Below, in pieces: positions 46,418 through 55,748 of a stretch of 64,000 nucleotides of DNA. This DNA is from an uncultured virus (IMG/VR IMGVR_UViG_3300020048_000022) (lineage: Duplodnaviria > Heunggongvirae > Uroviricota > Caudoviricetes): IMG/VR virus record IMGVR_UViG_3300020048_000022; one strand, written 5' to 3'. The position numbers and the translations under genes were made by a program. Position 1 is the first letter of the stretch; each line of letters starts with the position of its first letter. Under the pieces are notes generated by a model. It saw only the letters and a list, made by a program, of their open reading frames with translations. It was not told where the DNA came from and made no database searches.

Positions 46418-46943
46418 GATCCCTTCTAGAATAAATTAATGTTTTCTTTGCTGCTCCCTCTTGTGAGCTCCATTTACCGTAGCTCCATTCATCCATAAGG
46501 GATTTAACTTTATCTGAATATTCTTCAAAATCCATATCAAGATTTAAAGGAATCTCATCATAAATAATAGAAACCTTAGGATTAGATTGTAAGTAATCTT
46601 TTATACATTCACCAACTATTTTATAGAATCTCATATATTCGGATTTGGTTAACGAGAATTGTTCATCTTCTCTTGATTTAAAATCCGAATCTTTTACTAG
46701 GAAATCATCCATTACTGATTCTTTAATAGTCTCTACTGCAAGAACAGCATAACTATTTTCAGCAGATTCTATAGTGATATTTCTAGATAACTTACCAAGG
46801 GAAACTACAAATCCAAGATCTTCTTCTTCTCCTTCTATTTTAAAAAAATATTGGGAAAGCTTTCCGTCTTTCTTTTTAACAAAGAAGTCTCTTCCGTATC
46901 CATCTTCATTTAAGAAATTTTCAAATAATTTAATGTGTCTCAT
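46410..46943 (-). CDS. Hypothetical, putative virion-internal protein
   Basis: MRHIKLFENFLNED; GATATATA at 46948-46955. Confidence 0.6.
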   Translation of the reverse strand: MRHIKLFENFLNEDGYGRDFFVKKKDGKLSQYFFKIEGEEEDLGFVVSLGKLSRNITIESAENSYAVLAVETIKESVMDDFLVKDSDFKSREDEQFSLTKSEYMRFYKIVGECIKDYLQSNPKVSIIYDEIPLNLDMDFEEYSDKVKSLMDEWSYGKWSSQEGAAKKTLIYSRRDHD

Positions 46944-46959
46944 ATTCTATATATCTTAA

Positions 46960-47232
46960 TTAAAAACCTCTCTCCGGAATTTTAGCGGATGTATTAGGTA
47001 TGTATTGATCTTTCTTTCTTTTCTTAAATATTTCACCTCTAGTGATATTGCCATAATACCTATCTATAAGATTCCATCCTTCTTCTAACTCAGTCATATC
47101 AGCATCTTCAAGTTTAGAAAACTCCTCCCTAACCATGTTTATTTTTTCCATGGCTTCCTCTAATAGTCTTTTACTATTAGAAAGGTCATACCTTGAGGTA
47201 TGACCTTCCATTATTTCGCTGAATTTCTTCAT
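46960..47232 (-). CDS. Hypothetical protein
   Basis: MKKFSEIMEG. Confidence 0.55.
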   Translation of the reverse strand: MKKFSEIMEGHTSRYDLSNSKRLLEEAMEKINMVREEFSKLEDADMTELEEGWNLIDRYYGNITRGEIFKKRKKDQYIPNTSAKIPERGF

Positions 47233-47236
47233 TTAA

Positions 47237-48826
47237 TTAGTAATTGTCTCCCATTCCTTGTTTACCCATTGAATTACCTATACATAGCATACCTTCTCTA
47301 TAGGCATCACCTTTTTTGATGTATGGATGTAATTTAATAAGATTACCTAATGATGAGCTTACAAAATCATCAGTTCCAAGTCTGTCTAACCATACAGTAA
47401 ATGAACATATTTCCTCGTTTGTTAACACCTTTTCTTTACTTTTTTGTAGTACAGCGCTAATTAAAGCATGAGCATAATCTACATCGCCACCTCTATCAGA
47501 AGGGATCGGTGCTTTTTCTGGATTAGTGAAAGGTAAAAGTAAATCCTTAACTGGTATATCTTTACCTACTTTGTACCAATCTAAGAATGCTACAGCAGCA
47601 TCTCTACCTACATTTTTTTGGAATTCTCTTACTAGTACATCGTGAGGTACTTCAGTAATACCATTCTCTTCGTACTCATCCATAACTCTTCTTACTGCTC
47701 TAGAAGCATCTTCCCATGCTCTAGGTGTTGGGTATTTTAATTTCTTATTTGCAGGGTCATTAAAATGTAACCACTGAGATTGGAAATCTAAGAAATCTAA
47801 AAGTTCAGGTAAAAATATTTTATCCATTCCTGGTGTGCTCTCTACGTATTTTCTTAAAGATTTCACATTAGTAATAAGATTAACGATCTCAAATCTGTCT
47901 TGTAATGCAGATCCCATTTCGACGATACCACCTTTAGGGTCGTCTTCTTTTCTATTACCTGCTGCTACAATATACCATCTTTCTGGCATTTGATAGTTAA
48001 TACCTAATCTTCTCTGTTGAGCTAACATTAAGAAGATCTTTTGTACTTCAACCGGCATACGGTTAAATTCATCAACAAATATTATTCCACCTCTTTTATT
48101 TTTACCATTATCATAAGGTAATATGTCAGCACTAATATTAGATCTTGTAACTCCTTTTCCTAATGGGTTAGCTTCACTTGGAGCTTCTATATCTACAACT
48201 TTAGGTACACCAGCAAAGTCTACAGGTTCAGCACTTAAGCCGTCACAATTTAATAATTGAAGTCCTTGACCATAAAGTTCCTGTCCAAGTTCTTCACAAA
48301 CTTCAGCTACTATTTGTGTTTTACCAATACCAGGAGCTCCATAGATAAAATAAGGCTTAACTTTTCTTAATTCCTTTTGTAATCTTTCCTTTTCTGAAGG
48401 ATCTGTCGTAGCATCCATCTGGTCTGCAATTTTTATAACAGCTTTAAGACTTCTTTTTATATCTTTCTTAATAACATCTGGAAGTGAATTAGGTACATCC
48501 TCATCTCTTGGCCACTCTAAACCAACTGCAGCTTCGTTTGTAATACCCTCATTTTGTAAATTTATATTATTCATATTATAATAAGGAGTACCTTTATAAA
48601 AACTTTCAACCTGAGATACGATAGATCCATTTTCTCCACTAAATAAACTATAAGCAGGTAAACCTTTTTTCGGACCTGACGAAATCATTCTAATAATTCC
48701 GCTTTTTACAGCAGTAATAAGTTGATTTGCCCATTGAGAAATTTTATTACCTATATTGGATAATATACCTTCGTCAATATCATAAGATTCATTAACGAAT
48801 TCTTTAAAGTTGTAGATTTTTTTCAT
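47237..48826 (-). CDS. MoxR-like AAA+ ATPase, copy 2
   Basis: GAPGIGKT, IIFVDEFNR, AAGNR, ALQDRF, PTPRAW; GATATATA at 48855-48862. Confidence 0.9.
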   Translation of the reverse strand: MKKIYNFKEFVNESYDIDEGILSNIGNKISQWANQLITAVKSGIIRMISSGPKKGLPAYSLFSGENGSIVSQVESFYKGTPYYNMNNINLQNEGITNEAAVGLEWPRDEDVPNSLPDVIKKDIKRSLKAVIKIADQMDATTDPSEKERLQKELRKVKPYFIYGAPGIGKTQIVAEVCEELGQELYGQGLQLLNCDGLSAEPVDFAGVPKVVDIEAPSEANPLGKGVTRSNISADILPYDNGKNKRGGIIFVDEFNRMPVEVQKIFLMLAQQRRLGINYQMPERWYIVAAGNRKEDDPKGGIVEMGSALQDRFEIVNLITNVKSLRKYVESTPGMDKIFLPELLDFLDFQSQWLHFNDPANKKLKYPTPRAWEDASRAVRRVMDEYEENGITEVPHDVLVREFQKNVGRDAAVAFLDWYKVGKDIPVKDLLLPFTNPEKAPIPSDRGGDVDYAHALISAVLQKSKEKVLTNEEICSFTVWLDRLGTDDFVSSSLGNLIKLHPYIKKGDAYREGMLCIGNSMGKQGMGDNY

Positions 48827-48867
48827 CTTGTAAATTCTATTTTATTTATATTTCTATATATCTTATT

Positions 48868-49860
48868 TTATATAGCTTTTATATTCTTGTTTGATAAAGT
48901 TATATCTATCCTCTCTCCAAAAGGTTGATCTCTTCCGTATTTCTCCCCATTGAAAGTTAAGAAAGTCCATATACACTTATCAGCGTATGAATCTATATCG
49001 TAATCAGAAGAATTAGGAAAAGAAGCTTCCCCATCAGTAAAATAAATAAATACAGTAGGTACTTCGCCATTTTGTATCATATTTTCCTGAACCCATGCAA
49101 AAGGAGGTCCAAATTCAGTTCCGCCTCCGCCTTTTATTTTAGAAAAATCGGGAGAATCTCCAGGCTCTAAAATATCCGGAGCATATACTTTAGTATCACA
49201 ATAAAGTATAACTGTTTTTTCTGGATTATATTCTTCAGTTATTTTTTTAACCTCAGACAAAAACTGTTCAATCATAGGTTGTGTTATTGATCCAGATGTA
49301 TCTATAGCAACAACAACACTTTCGAAATCTTCTTTATATCTTTTATATCCATATTGAGCATCTCCACCACCTATAAATCTCCTAGCAGGTAATTTATATT
49401 TAGTCTTCGAAACCATATCATCAATATATCTGCTTAGTTCAGATTTCCAATCAATTACAGGCTCATTAAGTTTCTTTAAAGCTCTCGAAACACCGGAGGG
49501 TACTTTTCCAGCTCCTAGTGATCTTTTTACTGCTGCTTCCCATTCAGCTTCAAGATCCCCCTCTGATTTTCCGCCAGTAGAATCTCCTTCACCAAGCTCT
49601 CCTGGTCTTAATATCTCTCCTGGATTTATAGGATTAGATTCGTAGTCATCATCAGTGTCAGAGCCATCATTTGTGGATTCCTCAGGAATACCGTCTGAAT
49701 CTCTTTCTTTGCTTTCCTCGTCATCTCCCCATTCATCAACATTTTCAGGTTTTCCTGGTGGAGCGAAAGCTCCTGCACCGTCGTCTTCTCCCGATGGTCC
49801 CCCGCCTCTTCCTCCTTCTTTTAATTCCTGTATTCTTATATCAGATATGTTTGTTTTCAT
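48868..49860 (-). CDS. vWA-domain protein (DUF2201 C-terminal-like)
   Basis: IDWKSEL, AIDTSGSI, GGGGT, IYFTDG. Confidence 0.88.
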   Translation of the reverse strand: MKTNISDIRIQELKEGGRGGGPSGEDDGAGAFAPPGKPENVDEWGDDEESKERDSDGIPEESTNDGSDTDDDYESNPINPGEILRPGELGEGDSTGGKSEGDLEAEWEAAVKRSLGAGKVPSGVSRALKKLNEPVIDWKSELSRYIDDMVSKTKYKLPARRFIGGGDAQYGYKRYKEDFESVVVAIDTSGSITQPMIEQFLSEVKKITEEYNPEKTVILYCDTKVYAPDILEPGDSPDFSKIKGGGGTEFGPPFAWVQENMIQNGEVPTVFIYFTDGEASFPNSSDYDIDSYADKCIWTFLTFNGEKYGRDQPFGERIDITLSNKNIKAI

Positions 49861-49883
49861 ACAATTTGATTCATTATATTTTT
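49811..49883. repeat. About 73-bp direct repeat spanning the vWA gene starts (also 51635-51707; partial copy 51808-51862)
   Basis: Identical cctccttcttttaattcctgtattc...cattatattttt. Confidence 0.9.
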
Positions 49884-49887
49884 ACTT

Positions 49888-50691
49888 TTATGGATTTTTT
49901 TTAAGATATTGCGATACTCGATCCTTAGGAATTGGGTCATAATCTATTTCACCGCTATCTTCATCCACGCTATTTACAACACCATAGTTGTCATTAGCTT
50001 TGTCGTATATAACATCACCAACCTGTGGATTTTTAGGTGGTCCGGGTGCTGGTTTTGGAGGTGGTGTTCCTGGCTCTCTACCTTCATCCCCTTTATACCC
50101 TTTAGATATTAGTATATTATAAATTTTTTCAGATGGAAGACCGATAAACTCTTTATCATAATCAACATGACCGCATCCAGGATAAAGAGCTCCTTTCGGC
50201 ATAGTACCTACGCATTTTTTTCTGTCGCTAGTTGGTCCGCCATTTTCTACTGGTGTTAGCATCTGATTTATAGCATAATCAGTTGCAACATTCCATATAA
50301 CTAATTTTGTTAAATCTTTAGGGGCTCTTAAAAAATGCAAAAGCGCATTGTGCATAATTTCGTGTGCTATTACCCACATAATTTCTTCCTCTGTATGGTC
50401 TAAAACATATCCAGGATCATAATGTATACTGAATCCGTCAGTAGCCATAGTTTTATATCTAAGATTTTTATTCTCCCTAATGTATAATTTAGCTAAAAGT
50501 CCACTAAAAAATGGATGTTGTCCTGTTAACCAAAAAATTGCTGCTTTCATTCTTTTGTAAGCATCAGGATTATATGGTTTTTTTTCTAAGGGGTCTAAAA
50601 AATTTGCCTCGTTGATTTTATTATATAAAGAATTATCAAATTTTTGATATTCATATAGTCCAAAATCTTTAAAGCTTAATATTTTCCTCAT
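49888..50691 (-). CDS. HExxH metallopeptidase-like protein (DUF2201_N-like), copy 2
   Basis: TMATDG...HEIMH...H...WNVATDYAIN; GATATATA at 50706-50713. Confidence 0.85.
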   Translation of the reverse strand: MRKILSFKDFGLYEYQKFDNSLYNKINEANFLDPLEKKPYNPDAYKRMKAAIFWLTGQHPFFSGLLAKLYIRENKNLRYKTMATDGFSIHYDPGYVLDHTEEEIMWVIAHEIMHNALLHFLRAPKDLTKLVIWNVATDYAINQMLTPVENGGPTSDRKKCVGTMPKGALYPGCGHVDYDKEFIGLPSEKIYNILISKGYKGDEGREPGTPPPKPAPGPPKNPQVGDVIYDKANDNYGVVNSVDEDSGEIDYDPIPKDRVSQYLKKNP

Positions 50692-50718
50692 CTTCTTTTT
50701 TTATTTATATATCTGGTT

Positions 50719-51684
50719 TTATATAGTTTTGACCTTATTATTTGCCAGTGTGATATCTATTCTTGAACCAAAAGGTTGGCTGTTTCTATAAGGATCTCCA
50801 TTAAATGATAAGAATACCCAAATACATCTATCTTGATAAGATTCTATATCATAATCAGATGATTTAGGAAAAGAAGCCTCACCGTCAGTAAAGTATATGA
50901 ATACTGCTGGTGTTTCACCCTCTTCAAGTATATTTTCCTCTACCCATTTGAATGGAGGAGAAAATCCTAAGCGATTACCATTAGTAGTAGCTATTTTAGT
51001 AAGGTCTGGCTGTCCGCCTTTTTCGAATCTATCAACATTATCAATATCATCACTACAATAAATAATAACAGTTTCTTGAGGGGAGTATTCCTCTGTAATT
51101 TTCATTGTCTCTGAAAGAAATTGCGTTATCATAGACTTAGATATAGATCCTGATGTGTCTATAGCAATTACTAAATTATTAAAGTCTTCTCTATATCTTT
51201 TATATCCATATTGAGCATCACCACTGCCTATAAATCTTCTATTAGGCAATTTATATTTAGTTCTAGCTACCGCATCGTCAATGAATTCAGCAAGCTCAGA
51301 TTTCCAGTCAATTACCGCCTCCTTAAGCTTATTTAAACCTCTTGAAATACCAACTGGTATTTTTCCACCTGCTTGTGCTCTTTTTACTGCTGTTTCCCAT
51401 TCATTTTCGATATCAGTTTCAGATTTTCCTCGAATAGAATCTCCTTCACCAAGCTCTCCTGGTCTTAATATCTCCCCTGGATTTACGGGATTAGATTCAT
51501 AGACATCATCAGATTCTTCTTCTTCTTCAGGAATCCCGTCTGAATCTCTTTCTTTACTTTCCTCATCATTTCCCCATTCATCAACATTTTCGGGTTTTCC
51601 CGTCAAAGGCGAAGCTCCGCCTTCTCCTCCGCCTCCTCCTTCTTTTAATTCCTGTATTCTTATATCAGATATGTTTGTTTTCAT
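50719..51684 (-). CDS. vWA-domain protein, paralog of 48868..49860
   Basis: Same first 17 aa; AIDTSGSI; IYFTDG. Confidence 0.88.
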   Translation of the reverse strand: MKTNISDIRIQELKEGGGGGEGGASPLTGKPENVDEWGNDEESKERDSDGIPEEEEESDDVYESNPVNPGEILRPGELGEGDSIRGKSETDIENEWETAVKRAQAGGKIPVGISRGLNKLKEAVIDWKSELAEFIDDAVARTKYKLPNRRFIGSGDAQYGYKRYREDFNNLVIAIDTSGSISKSMITQFLSETMKITEEYSPQETVIIYCSDDIDNVDRFEKGGQPDLTKIATTNGNRLGFSPPFKWVEENILEEGETPAVFIYFTDGEASFPKSSDYDIESYQDRCIWVFLSFNGDPYRNSQPFGSRIDITLANNKVKTI

Positions 51685-51707
51685 ACAATTTGATTCATTA
51701 TATTTTT

Positions 51708-51807
51708 NNNNNNNNNNNNNNNNNNNNNNNNNNNNNNNNNNNNNNNNNNNNNNNNNNNNNNNNNNNNNNNNNNNNNNNNNNNNNNNNNNNNNNNNNNNNN
51801 NNNNNNN
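51708..51807. other. Assembly gap (100 N)
   Basis: Run of n flanked by duplicated sequence. Confidence 1.
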
Positions 51808-51865
51808 TGTATTCTTATATCAGATATGTTTGTTTTCATACAATTTGATTCATTATATTTTTCAT

Positions 51866-53902
51866 TTATACATTATCTTCTGTATTAGAAGATTCTTGCA
51901 TTTCTCTTACAAACTCATTAAAAAGTACAGCAATAGATTTAGGAACTTTATTTTTAAATTTTTGAAAATCTGTATTTTGTATATACGATCTTATCTCTTC
52001 GTTATTGGACCAATAAGGTGTTTTGAATATCTCTATATTATTACCATTAAGATCATATTTATTTCTAACCCAATCCCTTTGTAATACCATGTTTTCAAAA
52101 TCTTTCTCTCCTATACAAACTGATATAGGATTTACATTCTCTGCAACTGATTTAATAGCATCTTCTAAAAGATCCGTAGGAACTATTTTATAGCCAGCAA
52201 ATAATTTATCATTCTCAGCTGTTAAAGATCCTATTGTTTTTTTAATAACTTCTTCAGAAAATGGATATTTTTTTGAAGTAGTTTCACCTCCTGGGTGAAC
52301 CACACAAAGGAAAACTGGCAGATCATTTTCTTTTTTAAGTCTTGAACACATTTTAAGATGTCCATTATTAAAAGGTTGGAATTTACCAATTATTAAATTT
52401 ACTTTCTGATTTTCCTCGTTTAATATCTTAATTTTTCTTTTCTCTTTATGTGTAGATACTACTTTTTTAAAATCTTTAAATGAGAAGAACTCAGATGCGT
52501 CATCGTCAGATTTTTTTAATTCCTCCTCTGGTTCATTTTCACCCTCGTTTATATTATTCAATGATTCGGATAATAGTTCGGACTCATTAAATATTGTATT
52601 TTCTATAATAGAATCTAGATCTATTTCATCCTCTAAAGATTCATCATCAGATATTTTAAATCTACTTCCTGTTTTTTTGAACCAAACAAATGTGGGTAGT
52701 CCTAAAGATTCCTCTATTTTTTCTTTTCTCTTAGCATTTATATAATCTGCTATTTCCTCAACAAGTAGATTGAATTGTTCTATTAATCCCTCAGTGAAGA
52801 ATCCGTGTGGTTTTCTTTTGAATTTTCTAAATGAATTTAATACCATTTGTAGAATATCGCAATAAACTTCATCTTTATCTAAATACTCAACAACATCCTT
52901 ATCAACTATTAGTTCTTTATTAATCTCGAAATTTTCAGATTTAAGATATTCTGGTTTATCAAAGTCTGCACCAATATATCTTTCACCCTCTTCGTAAGAA
53001 AAAGATTTAAAGACGGAGAATACAAAATTAATGTACCTCTCTTCTGGCTCTGTTCCTTCTGCGCTAAAGCTCTCTACGCCTCTTTCTAATATGAAATTCA
53101 TAATATCTATTAGGCAAAGAGAATAAATGTCGCTAGGGAAGTAAGAAGATCTTGTAACTTTTCTATCTCTTGTTATTTCATAAAAAACCGGATCAACCAT
53201 TTTAGCTAAAATGATATCTTCCTTACCTTCTTCTTCAAATCTAAATACCAAAGAATCTATCTCTCCTTGTAAATCCTTACCTAGAGTTGTCTTAATTATT
53301 TCCGGATTTAATAAGGATATTAAATACTTAGAAAAACTTTCAGTTTTAAAACGATTTTTTAAATCCATCAATGGGGTTGATAAAAAATCCATAATAGACA
53401 TCTTCTGATCGTCATTTAATTTTCCCTGAAAAATAATAGGAGCTTTCTCTACTCCTAACTTTTCTGACCATTCATCCAATTCTATTTTATCCTGTATAGT
53501 TCTTGTTGTCTCTCCGAACTCATCTCTTACTATAATATGTGTTAGTATTAAATGATTTTTTGGAAGTCTCTCATATTCAATTCTTACTGGTTTTGTATTA
53601 GGAAAATAGAGCATTCCAAATCTCCAGCCTTTGGGTATTTCTACTTTTACTGACTCGGGGAGAGATTCTATATAATTTATAGGCTTCTCGTAGTATCTCA
53701 TTAATATCCTATCAACCTTAGTTATAGGATTTTCCTGATCTTTTTTATAAAAGGAAATATTATCTCCAGTAAAATCTCTTTCAAAGGAGAAAGATGATCC
53801 ATCAAGATTCTCAGTAACACTAAGTTCCTGGCTGAAAAGTTTTTCTATAAAATCTTTCCCTTTTTTTTCGTAGATATCAGCTAAATATTTTATTCCAGAC
53901 AT
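51866..53902 (-). CDS. Fusion of an RNA-ligase-like domain and an HxGH nucleotidyltransferase-like domain, both with altered motifs
   Basis: VTENLDGS (KxDG with K replaced by N), PIIFQGKL, LAKMVDP; C-terminal GKFQPFNNGH...YPFS. Confidence 0.6.
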   Translation of the reverse strand: MSGIKYLADIYEKKGKDFIEKLFSQELSVTENLDGSSFSFERDFTGDNISFYKKDQENPITKVDRILMRYYEKPINYIESLPESVKVEIPKGWRFGMLYFPNTKPVRIEYERLPKNHLILTHIIVRDEFGETTRTIQDKIELDEWSEKLGVEKAPIIFQGKLNDDQKMSIMDFLSTPLMDLKNRFKTESFSKYLISLLNPEIIKTTLGKDLQGEIDSLVFRFEEEGKEDIILAKMVDPVFYEITRDRKVTRSSYFPSDIYSLCLIDIMNFILERGVESFSAEGTEPEERYINFVFSVFKSFSYEEGERYIGADFDKPEYLKSENFEINKELIVDKDVVEYLDKDEVYCDILQMVLNSFRKFKRKPHGFFTEGLIEQFNLLVEEIADYINAKRKEKIEESLGLPTFVWFKKTGSRFKISDDESLEDEIDLDSIIENTIFNESELLSESLNNINEGENEPEEELKKSDDDASEFFSFKDFKKVVSTHKEKRKIKILNEENQKVNLIIGKFQPFNNGHLKMCSRLKKENDLPVFLCVVHPGGETTSKKYPFSEEVIKKTIGSLTAENDKLFAGYKIVPTDLLEDAIKSVAENVNPISVCIGEKDFENMVLQRDWVRNKYDLNGNNIEIFKTPYWSNNEEIRSYIQNTDFQKFKNKVPKSIAVLFNEFVREMQESSNTEDNV

Positions 53903-53905
53903 TTT

Positions 53906-54352
53906 TTAATTTAAGCAGTAAATAAACTTATTTCCCTTGTAATTAAAAATACTAAAGGGCCCAACTCTTAAATTCCTCTTTGGAAGAAAGTCAGAGTTTA
54001 GTATATATTCTTCTAGAAATAGGAGGATATTAGAAACCAATATCCTTGATCTATCACTTATTTTTTCATCAGAAAAAAGATCATTAAGAATACCTATGTA
54101 ATTCTCTAATGAACTTTTCTTACTCGGCTTTACAAGAACATCAAAAACATCCTTCTCTATTGTATAGACAACTTTATTTTCGATTATTATTTCCCAATCC
54201 CCGTTTAAATCCTCGCTAACAAAACCATTCTCTCCTAAGAAAGTATTAAAAATGAGGCTATGATCTCCAAGAACTGATATAGAAGTTATCTTTTCACCAG
54301 TATAGTGTTGTAATACTGGATACAGAGCTTGGCTTTGTAAATGGTTTATCAT
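53906..54352 (-). CDS. Hypothetical protein
   Basis: 148 aa in the operon. Confidence 0.55.
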   Translation of the reverse strand: MINHLQSQALYPVLQHYTGEKITSISVLGDHSLIFNTFLGENGFVSEDLNGDWEIIIENKVVYTIEKDVFDVLVKPSKKSSLENYIGILNDLFSDEKISDRSRILVSNILLFLEEYILNSDFLPKRNLRVGPFSIFNYKGNKFIYCLN

Positions 54353-54354
54353 TT

Positions 54355-55110
54355 TTATTCTTCCTCGTCTTCATCATAAACTACGTCATCAGAACCCTCA
54401 TCCTCATCACCATAAGTGTATTCCATGTTAGGATCTTCTTGTTCTTCGTCTTCGTCTTCGTCGTCCTCTATGCTATCTACATGCTCTTCGATATGCTCAT
54501 CCCAAACTGGTTGTAATTTACAAGATAAGAATTTAGAGAATACTTCTCCATTTTTTCTATCCTGTATAGTTACCATTCTTGGTCCATTGATCTCATCCAA
54601 TTCGATGCTTTCAGCAAACATTTTTGATTCTTCAAGATTCATGAAAGGACCGAATGTATAGATTCCAAAATCTGGCGTTGTTTTAATCTTCAAAGGAGCA
54701 GACATTGGATCTTTACTATACTTTTCCATTGCATCTTCTTTTTCGAACACGTAATCGTCGCACATAGTAACAAAATGATAGTTAGGATCTCCACCATCAC
54801 CAATCATTTGCTTAGCCATATCAGAAGATTTAGACTCATTCATTTTCTTTTTAAATGCGAAGTCTTTCTTATCAGATTTATTCTTAATACCTTTCTTTTC
54901 TTTGTACTCGTCCCAAGCCTTAGAAAGACCCTGCATGTATTTTTCCTGAGCTTTTTCATCACCTTTGAATTTTTTATCAAAAGGTCCAGAAACACCATGT
55001 TCTTTATTGTACTTCTTAGAGAAATCCAAATACTGGTTTCTTTCGGTTACAAGTTCTGTTTCTTTTAAGTCTTGTCTTTTCTTTTCTATTATTAAAGAGA
55101 ATTTTTTCAT
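54355..55110 (-). CDS. Hypothetical, putative head-associated protein with acidic tail
   Basis: MKKFSLIIEK; internal MNES; acidic C-terminus. Confidence 0.55.
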   Translation of the reverse strand: MKKFSLIIEKKRQDLKETELVTERNQYLDFSKKYNKEHGVSGPFDKKFKGDEKAQEKYMQGLSKAWDEYKEKKGIKNKSDKKDFAFKKKMNESKSSDMAKQMIGDGGDPNYHFVTMCDDYVFEKEDAMEKYSKDPMSAPLKIKTTPDFGIYTFGPFMNLEESKMFAESIELDEINGPRMVTIQDRKNGEVFSKFLSCKLQPVWDEHIEEHVDSIEDDEDEDEEQEDPNMEYTYGDEDEGSDDVVYDEDEEE

Positions 55111-55114
55111 TTTT

Positions 55115-55714
55115 TTATGCGTTATTTGGTTGGAATATAGGTTGATTAGGATTTTTTTGTTTCGTGTAGTATAGGTATGCTCTATTCATTCCTATGTCAT
55201 CTAGTACTGGAACTTGTCCTTTATTAACTTGAGCTTTTTGATAAAGCTCTGTAATATTATCTTCTAATTGCTGCTCTGTCTTAATATTAGGTAGTTCGTT
55301 TTTAGCAAAATCCTCGTTTGTGTGTCTCATGAACGCAACATCAACTTCCTCGTCCTTAACAGGAGCTTTCTTAGCAATCTCAAATTTAGTAGGCCCGAAT
55401 ACTCTTTTAAGTACACTAGGAACCACAGAAGGTAAACCGAATAACATTTCATATCCAGTATTCAAATTGCCTCCTCTAGCAGCTCTATTTTGTCTAGTTA
55501 TATCCTGACCAGCCTGAGCAATATTATTTAATTTATCCTCCATTTTTTGAAAGAAATTTTGGGATTTCTGTAATATAGTAGAATCAGCAGGAAGATTATA
55601 ATGATTTTTAGCCCTATCACTATAGGTCTTAGCATTATTTCCTAGATGCCTGCTGAAGAATAATTCTTCTGATTCATTAATACAAAAATCTCTATATTCT
55701 TTAATGTTTCTCAT
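55115..55714 (-). CDS. Hypothetical, putative virion-internal protein
   Basis: MRNIKEYRDFCINES; GATATATA at 55735-55742. Confidence 0.6.
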   Translation of the reverse strand: MRNIKEYRDFCINESEELFFSRHLGNNAKTYSDRAKNHYNLPADSTILQKSQNFFQKMEDKLNNIAQAGQDITRQNRAARGGNLNTGYEMLFGLPSVVPSVLKRVFGPTKFEIAKKAPVKDEEVDVAFMRHTNEDFAKNELPNIKTEQQLEDNITELYQKAQVNKGQVPVLDDIGMNRAYLYYTKQKNPNQPIFQPNNA

Positions 55715-55748
55715 CGAGATTTAATTATTTCTTTTATATATCCGAATT

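Noticed and set aside
48868..51684. Diversity-generating retroelement template/variable repeat pair
   Set aside because: No reverse transcriptase in the window; differences include indels and are not adenine-specific
51808..51862. Confirmed third copy of the vWA gene start
   Set aside because: Identical to the 55 bp before the gap, so it may be a scaffolding overlap; cannot be decided from this sequence
51671..52084. Plus-strand ORF containing X residues
   Set aside because: Spans the N gap; artefact
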